From positions 420,001 through 452,000 of the forward strand of contig OZ246420.1 of assembly GCA_965231145.1 (NCBI GenBank): a DNA stretch of 32,000 nucleotides, in the 5' to 3' direction. This stretch comes from Candidatus Saccharimonadota bacterium (GTDB lineage: Bacteria > Patescibacteriota > Gracilibacteria > Absconditabacterales > Absconditicoccaceae). The translations under genes and the position numbers were made by a program. The notes under the pieces are model-generated. The model did not search any database. It was not told where the DNA came from and saw only the letters and a program-made list of their open reading frames with translations. Of the stretch, positions 12,255 through 21,692 are shown piece by piece. Numbering within the stretch: position 1 is the stretch's first letter; each line of letters begins with the position of its first letter.

Positions 12255-13136
12255 ATGCTACAGGATTATCATTTGCTAAAGCATAGGAGAAATGGTTCAG
12301 CTATTTATCGCTGTAATCATTATACTCATTATATGAAAATGGGGTCGTTTGATGAAATACTGAAAGAAGTTGGTCTCTATCAAAAGCTCCTTTCTCATGG
12401 TATTCCTTTACCAAAGCTTCTAGGATATGAAGCAGCACAGGATGATATAGGGTGGATGAAAGAAGAATCTTTGAAAGGAAAATTATACTCAGAGCTTTTT
12501 ACCGAAGAGTACGAGAGGATATGAGTTATTAGTCATGAACTTGTAGATCAGTTTATTGATTATCAGTGGAGACATCTTGAGGCTCAGGCAAACACCGTCA
12601 ATGATAGAAGTATTGTTGCTCATGAATTCTCTCTTTATCCATATTTATATGAAGAGAAAATTATTGCTGCAGAGAAAAATGACAGATGTCTTGCGGCCAT
12701 GCAAAATGTTCTCTCCTCTCTTGCACAATGACGAAATCACGGAGATCATAATGCTTATAATATCTTTGACGATGGTGTTATCGATCTTGAAGATAGTTTC
12801 TTTGGTCCTATTGGTTATGATACGATTACATCACTGACGCAAAATTACTGGTTCCCTCCTGCATGAAGTGAATTGGGGGAACTGACCAGACAACATGAAT
12901 TTTCAAAAGATCATATTACTCGCTACCTTATAACGTTGTCGGGGCATCCGCTTGGCATCGATTTTACCAATCACCAGATCTTTGGTGCTTTGTTTCTGAT
13001 GAGGGGAATATTTGTCACGGTAAAATCATGAGCGACTCCTCTGCTGGAAAAATACAGATACACAAGACTTGAACAGGCTATGGATGCATATCTTGCAGGA
13101 GAAGACATGATTACATTTTTCTTAGATACTTATTAG
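12255..13136 (+). CDS. aminoglycoside/choline-kinase-like phosphotransferase (APH fold), 293 aa
   Basis: ATG 12255 to TAG 13134-13136. Four in-frame TGA at 12522, 12729, 12864 and 13029. The catalytic region reads LAQ-G-RNHGDHNAYNIFDDGVIDLEDSFFGPIGYD (HGDxxxxN ... IDxED...GP..YD). Confidence 0.7.
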
Positions 13137-13142
13137 TTTTAC

Positions 13143-13170
13143 AAAAAACTCGGCTTTGTACCGAGTTTTT
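13143..13170. terminator. bidirectional intrinsic terminator between convergent genes
   Basis: AAAAAA-CTCGG..CCGAG-TTTTT. Confidence 0.6.
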
Positions 13171-13199
13171 CTTATGTGATTGTGAACTCTGAATTCATA

Positions 13200-14666
13200 T
13201 TACAGCATTTTTCCAAGATCGATAGTCTGTAAGTCCTCTAGTTTGTTGACGAATGTTTCATCATGGCTGATCAGTATCATGGCTCCTTCGTACTCGTTGA
13301 GTGCTTCGGCGATAACAGGAAGATGACGGAAATTGATGTGGTTTGTTGGTTCATCGAGGATGAGCAAGTGAGGCTTTTGTATACAAAATCTTGCATAACA
13401 GAGAAGTCCTTTTTGTCCTTCAGAAAGTGATTCGATAGGATTTTTAAGAAGATCTCCGGTAAGAAGAAACTGAGCAGCAGTCTTATAGACTTCCTGATCA
13501 GTGACTTCGTTTGACATCTCATGCAGGGCATCCCATACTGTCATTTGCATGTCGAGTGCGTTGAAATCCTGGCTATAGTAACCTACCCTTACGTCTGGAG
13601 CAAGTGTTGCATCTCCGCTATGAGCATTGAGGAGTCTTTTGAGGAGCGTTGATTTTCCAATACCATTTGGACCGATAAGCTGGTATCTCATACCCTTCTT
13701 GAGCACCATATCTATTTTCTTTGAGACGCGCTCATGTTGCTTATTCATAAGCTCCACGCTGTTGATCGTCACGATCGGTCCCACAAAATTTTCAAATGGA
13801 ATAGTAAACGATGTGATCGTTCTGTCTTCTCTTCTTACTTCTACTTTGTTTTCTTCTGCCTCCTCTACTTCGTCTCTCATCTTACTCGCAAGCTTACGCA
13901 TCTTACCTCCTTTATTTGCAAAGAAGTTAATCTTTTCTTTTGCGTCAGTAATCTTCTTTTCCATACGTGCATTGAGCGACTTTGCTTTCTCAATATCAGC
14001 AGCGATCTGCTCTACTACATCATAGTAGTCTCCCCAGTATTGCTCTACTTTATGCGTTGAGACATTGAGATATAAGACGCCGTCTGTAAACATGTTCAAG
14101 AAGTCGGCGTCGTGGCTAATCACTACGACAGTCTTGTCGTATCCAAGGAGAAAGCCTATAAGATGATTGATGCCGTCGGTATCGAGGTTGTTTGTCGGTT
14201 CATCCAATAAGAGAATGTCTGGTTTTTGAATAAGTGCATATGCGAGAAGTACGCGTGCTTGTTGTCCTCCAGAAAGATCTTTCAGGTGCTTGTCGAGTGG
14301 CATGTCGAAATTCACTGCCTCAAACGCTTCACCAATCTTTCTGTCGAGCTGATAGTCCTTTTCAGCAAAGGCTGTCGCAAAGTACTCTCTGATGGTCATA
14401 TGCATCATATCTCTTGGGATAACCTGCTTCGCAATAGCGATAGATTTATTTTGACCAATGTTGATCTTTCCAATTTGTGGCTTAAGCTCTCCTGTAATCA
14501 TCTTAAAAATAGTCGACTTCCCTGCTCCGTTTTGTCCCATGATCGTAATCTTTGTGTTTTCACGAAGTGTAAAATCACTCTCGATGAGGATAGGCTTTTT
14601 ACCATCTCCATAGGCGAAAGATACTGTGTCAAAGCTCAGGATGACGGGGTTGTTTTTATTGGACAT
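13200..14666 (-). CDS. ABC-F family ATPase (two fused ABC domains), 488 aa
   Basis: ATG 14666 (MSNKNNPVILSF) to TAA 13200. Walker A GQNGAGKST and GPNGIGKST. Signatures LSGGQQARV and LSEGQKGLL. Walker B LLLDEPTN and LILDEPTN. No in-frame TGA. Confidence 0.85.
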   Translation of the reverse strand: MSNKNNPVILSFDTVSFAYGDGKKPILIESDFTLRENTKITIMGQNGAGKSTIFKMITGELKPQIGKINIGQNKSIAIAKQVIPRDMMHMTIREYFATAFAEKDYQLDRKIGEAFEAVNFDMPLDKHLKDLSGGQQARVLLAYALIQKPDILLLDEPTNNLDTDGINHLIGFLLGYDKTVVVISHDADFLNMFTDGVLYLNVSTHKVEQYWGDYYDVVEQIAADIEKAKSLNARMEKKITDAKEKINFFANKGGKMRKLASKMRDEVEEAEENKVEVRREDRTITSFTIPFENFVGPIVTINSVELMNKQHERVSKKIDMVLKKGMRYQLIGPNGIGKSTLLKRLLNAHSGDATLAPDVRVGYYSQDFNALDMQMTVWDALHEMSNEVTDQEVYKTAAQFLLTGDLLKNPIESLSEGQKGLLCYARFCIQKPHLLILDEPTNHINFRHLPVIAEALNEYEGAMILISHDETFVNKLEDLQTIDLGKML

Positions 14667-14884
14667 TGAGTATAAGGAAAAATTAAAATATTTACTGTGC
14701 TTTATAGTGGGTAAGTATAATAATCTCCTCTCTTTTTTCAATGGAAGGCTGTCGCTGATAAACTCATGTTCTTCAGCATATAGAACCTCTGTACAATGCT
14801 ATTTGCCTTTTATGCCTTGGTTACAAGGTATTTTTTTATGTAAAAAACCCGTTTCAATTGATTCTGTGACTATACTAGCTTTGA

Positions 14885-14912
14885 TTGACTTGTTTCTTGA
14901 GTTGTTTATAAT
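14885..14912 (+). promoter_or_regulatory. sigma-70-type promoter TTGACT-N16-TATAAT
   Basis: Consensus hexamers with a 16-nt spacer. The -10 overlaps ATG 14911, which argues that the real start is ATG 14941. Confidence 0.55.
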
Positions 14913-14940
14913 GCTAATTCGAACTAAAAAACAAAATCTT

Positions 14941-15612
14941 ATGAATCACACAACAACTATTCTCATCATTTCCGGTATCTTACTTATTGCTCTGGTCATC
15001 AGATACTACTATGTCGCTCCTCAATCTCGTTATCCCAATATACAGGGTTATATGCAGGTATGGAACACACTCTCGCCTTCGCAGAAGCGAAAATTTAAGA
15101 AAACCTTTTACATTGATAGGTTGGAATATCCCCAGCGTATTATTGTCCGGATCCGTCAGCTCCGCAAACAGTATACTTTGCTCGCGACACAAACAAATGA
15201 AGTTAATTCTTTTTACAGAAAAGCAGAAGATGGCATAAAGGATATACGTTACTATACACCTCTTGCTGCTCTAGAGGTGATTTCCGATACTAGCTGGTAT
15301 ATACCTTCCTCTATGAAAGAATATGAAGAAATAAAAAAGTTCATGCCTGGTAGTACATCCCAGCAAAAGATGTGGAACTTTATAGCGCTCTTTGAGCTTA
15401 TGAACTATGGGGAGTTCAATACAGCAGAGAAGAAATGGTATTTACGAGAAGAGCATACTTCAAGAATTTGTCTGGGTGTGTCAAAAGTAGATAAATTGGT
15501 GTGTCTCTTTGACTATAATGTACAAAATCAAATGGGATACGCTCATATCCAGTCGGGGATGTATAACTCTATTGCATTACCCATACTGGCAGCGAAGAAA
15601 ACGTCATGGTAG
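14941..15612 (+). CDS. hypothetical protein with an N-terminal TM anchor (223 aa)
   Basis: MNHTTTILIISGILLIALVIRYYY.... TAG at 15610-15612. The upstream part of the track ORF overlaps the ABC-F gene and the promoter. Confidence 0.5.
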   Translation: MNHTTTILIISGILLIALVIRYYYVAPQSRYPNIQGYMQVWNTLSPSQKRKFKKTFYIDRLEYPQRIIVRIRQLRKQYTLLATQTNEVNSFYRKAEDGIKDIRYYTPLAALEVISDTSWYIPSSMKEYEEIKKFMPGSTSQQKMWNFIALFELMNYGEFNTAEKKWYLREEHTSRICLGVSKVDKLVCLFDYNVQNQMGYAHIQSGMYNSIALPILAAKKTSW

Positions 15613-15636
15613 TGTCATCGTAAGTAATATGTATAG

Positions 15637-15661
15637 AGAGGCGTTATGCGCCTCTTTTTTT
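15637..15661 (+). terminator. intrinsic terminator
   Basis: AGAGGCG-TTATG-CGCCTCT followed by a T6 run. Confidence 0.65.
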
Positions 15662-15663
15662 GT

Positions 15664-15686
15664 AAAAAAAACCGCGATATACGCGG
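15664..15686 (-). terminator. intrinsic terminator for CDS 15718..16020
   Basis: A8 run on the plus strand followed by CCGCG-ATATA-CGCGG. Confidence 0.6.
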
Positions 15687-15717
15687 AAATAATAATATAA
15701 TAATACATTTGTTTTAC

Positions 15718-16020
15718 TTAGTTGCTTACTAAGTGCTCCTTGATCTTATCACCAAGGGTCTCTACGTTCTCCACCAATAACATATCCGAAGCTAAGGATC
15801 CAGCTCCCTTGTATCGCACAGGACTAACGCGGCGCTTTCTGATAGATATGGCTTGGAAAGAGCTTGTGTTTAATTGACCGTTGGGTAAGAAGTGGAAGTT
15901 TATATCCTCCCATTTATTACCGTCAGCCTCATTTGCCGGCAATGTTTCGTGAATGATGGTTTTAATTTTTGCGATATCTCCCGCTTCAGTAATGGGGATG
16001 ACAATGCTAGTGTAGTTCAT
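15718..16020 (-). CDS. hypothetical protein (100 aa)
   Basis: Clean ATG..TAA ORF flanked by a terminator. No recognisable motif. Confidence 0.5.
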   Translation of the reverse strand: MNYTSIVIPITEAGDIAKIKTIIHETLPANEADGNKWEDINFHFLPNGQLNTSSFQAISIRKRRVSPVRYKGAGSLASDMLLVENVETLGDKIKEHLVSN

Positions 16021-16092
16021 AATTGCTTTGTTTTTTTGTGAGTGTATTGTATTTGAAAAAGTGCGTATGTCAACAAAAAAGCTCTCTTTTCA

Positions 16093-16120
16093 TTGATTAG
16101 TTTAAACGCATCCATATGAT
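16093..16120 (+). promoter_or_regulatory. sigma-70-type promoter TTGATT-N16-TATGAT
   Basis: The -10 overlaps ATGs at 16116 and 16119, which favours ATG 16131 as the start and implies a very short leader. Confidence 0.45.
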
Positions 16121-16130
16121 GGACGCTATT

Positions 16131-18026
16131 ATGCAATATCTGTTAGTCAAAAATGTATATAAGTCGTTTACAGGAAAGCCATTGCTCAATGGTGTAAATT
16201 TTTCTATTGAGAGATGACAAAAAGTGGCACTTGTTGCGAGAAATGGAGCTGGTAAGACCACCCTCTTGAAGCTCTTGATGTGACAGATAGAATGAAGCGC
16301 TGGTGAGATATTATTTACGAAAAATGTCCGTGTGGGATTTTTGTCGCAAGACCTGGAGGTAAAGCCCGAGACAAGTGTGTTAGAGGCGCTCTTTACACAT
16401 GAAAATGAGCTTGGGCAGCTTATCAGGCACTATGAAGCGTTGCTCCTCGATCCGCAGCACGATGAGCAGGAGATGCAAAAAGTGCTTGCACAGATCGAAG
16501 CTGCGCATGCATGGGAGTATGAAGTAAAAGTGAAGACGATCATTGGTCAGCTCAATCTGACTGAGCATCTGCAAAAACCCATTGGTTCGCTGTCAGGGTG
16601 AGAGGCTAAACGTGTGGCTCTTGCAAAGGCGCTCCTCGATGAACCAGATTTTCTTATCCTTGATGAGCCGACAAACCATCTCGACTTAGATATGATTGAG
16701 TGGCTTGAAAACTACCTGAAGCAGTCACATCTGACGCTTCTGCTCGTGACTCACGATCGTTATTTTCTGGAGCGTATCTGTACGCATATCCTTGAGCTGG
16801 ATAAGGGAAAGATCTATCCTTACGCTGGTAACTATGCTGTCTTTCTCGAGAAGAAAGCTGCTCGTGAAGAACTGGAACAAAGAACAGCGCATCACATGAA
16901 GCAGCTCTGGAAGCATGAACTTGAGTGGATGCGCAGAGCTCCTGGTGCGAGAAGAACAAAGCAATACGCGAGGATAAAAAACTTTGGTGAGATAGAAGAT
17001 ACCTATCATGAAAGCAAAGCTATACTCCAGGAGAAAGGCAAGAAACTTGAGCTGGAGATCAATCAGAGAAGAATGGGTGACAAGATCCTCAAGATTCACC
17101 ATTTGAAAAAATCCTTTGGTGATAAGGTTATCTTGAAAGACTTTTCGCACGATTTTAGACATGGTGAGCGTGTAGGTGTCATCGGAAAGAATGGCGTTGG
17201 AAAGTCTACGTTTGTACGTATCCTCACTGGTGAAGAATCTGCTGATAGCGGAGATATCCAGCAGTGAAAGACGATCTATCTTGGGCACTACCAACAGAAG
17301 CAGGCATTGTTCGAGACAGATAAGAGAGTTATCGATATTGTGAAAGATACCGCTGAGTATATTTTTGTTGCAAAGGGGAAAAAACTGACTGCTGCGCAGA
17401 TGCTTGAGCGTTTTCTGTTCTCCCCTCTCCAGCAGCAGGCATTTGCCAGTACGCTGAGCGGAGGTGAAAAGAGACGTCTACACCTTCTTCTCGTTCTTAT
17501 AAAAAGTCCAAATTTTCTGATACTGGACGAACCGACCAATGATCTCGACCTTGTCACCCTGGCGATACTCGAGGAGTTTTTACTGGACTACACCGGCTGT
17601 CTTATCGTCATCTCGCACGATAGATTTTTCATGGATAGAATCGTCGACCATATCTTTGCGTTTGAAGGCGATGGTGAAGTAAAGGATTTCTGGGGTTCTT
17701 ATACCGAGTATGTAGCGCATAGAGCGCAGGAGATCCAAACAGAGAAAAAACAAAATAGGGCTGCAAAGATACAGATGACAGAGGCTGATACTCCTGCTGT
17801 TTCACCAGAAAAGAAAAAGCTCTCCTATAAAGAAAGGATGGAGCTTGATAAACTTGGCCAGGAGATCAGTGTTCTCGAGAAAAGAGTCGACGAGATCAAT
17901 TTCATCTTCCAGTCTGAAACTATGGACGCCGACAAGATGAAGAAACTCGGCAGAGAGATGGATGAAATTGTGACGGCACTTGGCGTGAAAGAAGCGAGAT
18001 GGTTAGAGTTAGCGGAGAGGGATTAG
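16131..18026 (+). CDS. ABC-F family ATPase, Uup-like with a C-terminal coiled-coil, 631 aa
   Basis: ORFs 16332..16601, 16614..17267 and 17307..18026 plus the upstream segment form one frame. Five in-frame TGA at 16215, 16281, 16293, 16599 and 17265. The ABC signature reads LSG-G-EAKRVALAKALL (Gly = TGA). Walker A is ARNGAGKTTLL preceded by IER-G-QKVALV. The second half has GKNGVGKST, LSGGEKRRL and LILDEPTND. TAG at 18024-18026. Confidence 0.9.
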
Positions 18027-18030
18027 AAAC

Positions 18031-18495
18031 CTACTCCCATCGAGGCTTTTGCTCATTGGCATAGGTAGTTTCTTTGCGTATAGTTTTATTTACCCATTGT
18101 TTTGCAAATACGTGTAAAGTTGGTCTTTCTAATTTGTTCAAACTACATATTGCTTTATCAATTTCCTCCACTTCAGCCTGAGATACTTGCCCTTTCTTGT
18201 AATAACTTTCAGCTTTTCTATATACGTTTAGATATTTATTCCCCCATTCATTATATAATTCCTGATTTTTTCAATAACTAATATGATATATTAGGGCGAA
18301 TATACTTAAGAATAGTCCTATAATATCTAGTATTTTCACTCATCATTCTGCTAGGGAAATAATCGCCAGTAGTATAGGTATAGACAATAAAGTTATTTGA
18401 ATAAACATAGCTAAATCATGAGATTTATAGAACGCTTTGTATTGCATTCAAGCGTTTTCTCAAAGATTTTTGAGTAGTTCGGTCTGTTTTGTCAT
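18031..18495 (-). CDS. small 2-TM protein, SLATT-like membrane effector candidate (154 aa)
   Basis: Absent from the ORF track. ATG 18495 to TAG 18031 is open only if 5 TGA (18460, 18448, 18343, 18340, 18271) are Gly. It starts 9 nt after the upstream nucleotidyltransferase stop. Product: MTKQTELLKNL-G-ENA-G-MQYKAFYKSHDL, then two hydrophobic helices (AMFIQITLLSIPILLAIISLA and ILDIIGLFLSIFALIYHISY), then a helical tail. Only the architecture matches SLATT; sequence-level family membership is untested. Confidence 0.6.
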
Positions 18496-18504
18496 GTTAT
18501 CTTT

Positions 18505-19434
18505 TTAAGATTTTAAATAATCAATAAGAGAATCTTCAGAAATATTTATTTTTTCTTCCAATAATATAAGTAGGTCTTTTATCGTCTTTTTTTGGTCAGT
18601 ACTTAATGTGTAATACATATATTCGTATCAAGGAAGATCCTGAATGTTGCAGTATTGATCTACGTTGCTATAAATGTAATTAATAACGACTTTGAATAAA
18701 TTACTATATGTGTCTTCATGTTGTGAGTGTATATTTAGAGCATGATAAACAAGGCATTCTAAAATATAGGACTTAAAACTTACTCCATAGTTTTTATTTT
18801 GATTCCGATATTTAAGTACCTTTATTAATCCTTTTAATTTTCAGTTATAATGAGTTTCATTATTAAGCGTGTTAACTTTTTCTTCATCCATTTTTGGATT
18901 GGTCTTTTTTCGGTATATATTGTTTTCTCATTTAGGAATAAGTATATAGTCCTCTTCTTTGACTGCAAAGAATGGTACGCAATCAATGGTGAGATCATAG
19001 GTAGATAAATATGAAGTAACACATTCTCAGTTCCTACCTATTTCACCAGTAGTCGAATAGGTTTCCTTAATTTTTTCTCTGAAATAATTTAATATCCTTA
19101 TGGGAGAAACTTCATAGCGTTTCTTAAGAGGATTATGACTAGAGAAGTCATTTAATACATGATCGTTATTATACTGATCTTCTGTGATGTAGATTATGCA
19201 TCAGTCGTTTGTTTCTTCAAAGAATCAAGAACCTCCATCAAATTTAAAAAAAATATCTAAATCATTAATAGGAGAATTTTTAGTTCTTCTTTTAAACGAT
19301 CACGCTAAAAAATTATCCTTGATCTCACTCATTTTATTTTGGAGAGCTTCTCTTATGTAATTACCAGACTTCTGAACTCCGTCTATTTCTTCTCAAGTTG
19401 GACTTATTTCGTTAATAAAGCTAAGTAAACTCAT
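18505..19434 (-). CDS. SMODS / CD-NTase-like nucleotidyltransferase (309 aa)
   Basis: The track shows only an out-of-frame 62-aa ORF here. ATG 19434 to TAA 18505 is one open frame if 8 TGA (19393, 19300, 19225, 19201, 19027, 18928, 18841, 18628) are Gly. Motifs: NFLA-G-SFKRRTKNSPINDLDIFFKF (pol-beta NTase GS...DxD, with the motif Gly encoded by TGA), DLTIDCVPFF (third acidic residue), and IPK-G-ENNYYRKKTNPKMDEEKVNTLNNETHYN-G-KLKGLIKVLKYRN..SFKSYILECLVYHA (SMODS-type C-terminal region). Confidence 0.7.
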
Positions 19435-19497
19435 TGATTAGCCAATAAATATATAAACATTTTAAGCCTATTCTTTGGAATAAGTAATTCTCCTATT

Positions 19498-20100
19498 CTA
19501 CTTAATCAGCACCACCACTTCATTCTTCTTCATAAACCAGATAGTTCGTGGTTGATATGATTTCATGAGGAATGGCTTAGAAACTACGGTAATGCCATCG
19601 ACCTTCAACTTGGTGATGAAAAGTTCAGCTTCGTGGTTAAATTCCTCTTCAGTTAGTGAGCCACGCACGGTATAGACAGCCGCTTTAAATGCAGGAAGAG
19701 TAAGAAGCTCGACCCTTGGGTCGTTTGGTTTTGGGATAGAGTTTATGCCGGTGTATTGTTGAGGCATGAAATAAGCCACCGTTGTTCTGTTCGCATTGCT
19801 TTGGATAATGACCGGCGCAGTCACAGGGATAGAAGCCTGGATGGCATTTCCGCCAAAGAAAAACCCCGCAAGGATGGTTTGTGAATCCAGCTCAACGCTC
19901 GCCATGTCCCCCGTTTGTACGACCTGTGCAACGATGTGACTCGCATACTCGCGCACCTCATAACCGCTCCTCTTTTCGATGAGTGTATAGGTTACTTTCT
20001 CCGTTCCAAGCGTCGGAGCGATACTCGCTATTGTCCAGCCGATAAGCCCTAAGACAACCAGGCCTATGATCCAACTAAACATCCTCATGATGACACGCAT
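19498..20100 (-). CDS. SOUL heme-binding-family protein with an N-terminal TM/signal anchor (200 aa)
   Basis: ATG 20100 to TAG 19498. YEVREY near the N-terminus and the overall pattern are typical of SOUL/HEBP proteins. Markedly higher GC than the neighbours. No TGA. Confidence 0.65.
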   Translation of the reverse strand: MRVIMRMFSWIIGLVVLGLIGWTIASIAPTLGTEKVTYTLIEKRSGYEVREYASHIVAQVVQTGDMASVELDSQTILAGFFFGGNAIQASIPVTAPVIIQSNANRTTVAYFMPQQYTGINSIPKPNDPRVELLTLPAFKAAVYTVRGSLTEEEFNHEAELFITKLKVDGITVVSKPFLMKSYQPRTIWFMKKNEVVVLIK

Positions 20101-20195
20101 TTTCTCGTCTACAAATGATAAATACTATCCTTATGTACTACTCAAAAAGCGACTTGTTGCAACTCGAACCATTCTCGGTTTTGGATATTCTGAGA

Positions 20196-20223
20196 TTGAC
20201 ATTCGCCCGTACTGCCCTATAAT
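20196..20223 (+). promoter_or_regulatory. consensus sigma-70 promoter TTGACA-N16-TATAAT
   Basis: Perfect hexamers, ending 47 nt upstream of ATG 20270. Confidence 0.65.
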
Positions 20224-20269
20224 ACCAGAACAACAAAAGATATCTCGAAACGAATAAAAAAACTTCATT

Positions 20270-20857
20270 ATGGATCCACAAAAGAATTACGTAACTATTG
20301 TCAGAACTGTCCTCGCGAGAAATACCTCGATAGGAGAAATTATCATGTCTTTGAGGCAAACCTTTATTGGTGAATTGGATGGTGAAACAAAGAAATACCT
20401 TGAGTGTTTTCTCCAGTTTCTTACTCGTGTACAGCTTGCCATCGGCAAGATGAAAGGAGAAAATGACCTTTCAATTGGCTTTATGCCAGAACTGAAAGGA
20501 TTCTATCGTATAGAATTCTTCGGGATAGCAAAGCTTCTCATACAGGAGCATGGCTTTACGCCCGCATATGCTCCTGCTAATAGTGCTGAGGAAACAGCGC
20601 TCATTATTCATCGTCTTAATCTCGATTTTATCCTGTGCGACGGTTGTAAAAATGTGCGAGAGCCTCATCCGCATAGTTGCCACAAGGGCAATATGAGACT
20701 CGATGGAAGTTCTGTAGACATGCATTGTGAATGTCAGGATTGCCTGGAGGTGGAAACATTTAGACTACTTGGTGTTTTTGGTCACGATGACTGGAGTGGT
20801 ATGCAAGACTACTTAAAAAAAATAGCAGCTCATTACGCTGCTAATGCTAGTAACTAA
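20270..20857 (+). CDS. hypothetical protein with a Cys/His-rich C-terminal region (195 aa)
   Basis: ATG 20270 (alternative 20345) to TAA. Contains CDGCKNVREPHPHSCHKGNMRLDGSSVDMHCECQDC, a possible metal-binding cluster. No TGA. Followed by a terminator. Confidence 0.5.
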   Translation: MDPQKNYVTIVRTVLARNTSIGEIIMSLRQTFIGELDGETKKYLECFLQFLTRVQLAIGKMKGENDLSIGFMPELKGFYRIEFFGIAKLLIQEHGFTPAYAPANSAEETALIIHRLNLDFILCDGCKNVREPHPHSCHKGNMRLDGSSVDMHCECQDCLEVETFRLLGVFGHDDWSGMQDYLKKIAAHYAANASN

Positions 20858-20876
20858 TGTAATTCGCTTATTATCA

Positions 20877-20899
20877 AGCCCCGTATCGGGGCTTTTTTT
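20877..20899 (+). terminator. intrinsic terminator
   Basis: AGCCCCG-TAT-CGGGGCT followed by a T7 run. Confidence 0.7.
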
Positions 20900-20903
20900 A
20901 TAC

Positions 20904-20925
20904 AAAAAAAGAAGGCGGCGCCTTC
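20904..20925 (-). terminator. intrinsic terminator after trxA
   Basis: A7 run on the plus strand followed by GAAGGC-GGC-GCCTTC. Confidence 0.65.
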
Positions 20926-20964
20926 ATTATTATATTTGGAATTTAATATTTCGAATGTAAAATT

Positions 20965-21312
20965 TTATAGAGTTGCTCCAGCAGCTGTTGCATGTTGATT
21001 AATAATTTCTTCGACTCTTGCTGGAGGAACAACGCCGATGAACTGATCAACTTGTACTCCGTTCTTGAAAAATGTGACTTGTGGGATGCTGTTTACCTGA
21101 TACTGTACCGCGAGTGGATAGTTGTCTTGCTGATCAACATCGATCTTTACGAGCGTTACCTTGTCTCCATGTTTTGCTGTGAGATCTTCAAGTACTGGCT
21201 TGAGGATACGACAAGGACCACACCATTCAGCCCAGAAATCTACCATAACAAGCTTATCTGATGTGCTAATGAGTTCGTTGAACTGCGTTGCGCCTACTAT
21301 ATCCATGATCAT
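20965..21312 (-). CDS. trxA: thioredoxin
   Basis: 115 aa with the WAEWCGPCRILKP active site. Trp here is encoded by TGG. ATG 21312, TAA 20965. Confidence 0.9.
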   Translation of the reverse strand: MIMDIVGATQFNELISTSDKLVMVDFWAEWCGPCRILKPVLEDLTAKHGDKVTLVKIDVDQQDNYPLAVQYQVNSIPQVTFFKNGVQVDQFIGVVPPARVEEIINQHATAAGATL

Positions 21313-21334
21313 ATCTTGCTAATTTTATAAAGTG

Positions 21335-21399
21335 GCAATTAGATGTTAGATTTTAGATATTGGCAGGATGCTACAATCTAACATCTATGATCTAATTGC
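21335..21399. repeat. family-1 imperfect palindrome, copy c (inverted orientation relative to copy a)
   Basis: The left arm GCAATTAGATGTTAGATTTTAGATATTGGCA resembles the reverse complement of the right arm of copy a (about 27/31). The right arm CTACAATCTAACATCTATGATCTAATTGC resembles the reverse complement of the left arm of copy a. The copy lies between the stop at 21408 and the trxA ATG at 21312. Confidence 0.7.
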
Positions 21400-21407
21400 T
21401 ATGTTTA

Positions 21408-21692
21408 TTAGTATGCTTCCGCAACATGTCCGTAACAAACATTGCGAACCATATCTTTGAGAGCTTGCATGACACCGTAAGAGAATTCCACGTATCATTT
21501 CACTGCCACGACTTCAAACTCTTCGAGTTCGTTCCATCCTGGTTTCATGCTGATGAGGAACTTGTGAGAGTTGATCTCCAGTACTACATCATACTTTCCT
21601 TCTTCCTTTTCATGGAAGATCGCTTTCATGTTGTTTCCTTGTACTGTGTGTCTGTCGAGAGTATCTTGTGTAAACAAAGCGGCTTGATACAT
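21408..21692 (-). CDS. hypothetical small protein (94 aa)
   Basis: ATG 21692. The track ORF ends at TGA 21495-21497, and under code 25 the frame continues as -G-YVEFSYGVMQALKDMVRNVCYGHVAEAY to TAA 21408. Confidence 0.5.

Noticed and set aside
14626-14940. The long 5' extension of track ORF 14626..15612, and likewise the starts at 14741 for the ABC-F gene, 3259 for ORF 2807, 16116 for the uup-like gene and 26819 for the membrane gene.
   Set aside because: The extensions use non-ATG starts, or overlap the divergent neighbouring gene, terminator hairpins or promoter hexamers. Downstream ATGs give N-termini typical of the families.
18834-19022. Track ORF of 62 aa on the minus strand, the only ORF offered inside the AT-rich gap.
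   Set aside because: It is out of frame with the 309-aa table-25 reading frame that carries the nucleotidyltransferase motifs, and its own sequence has no recognisable features.
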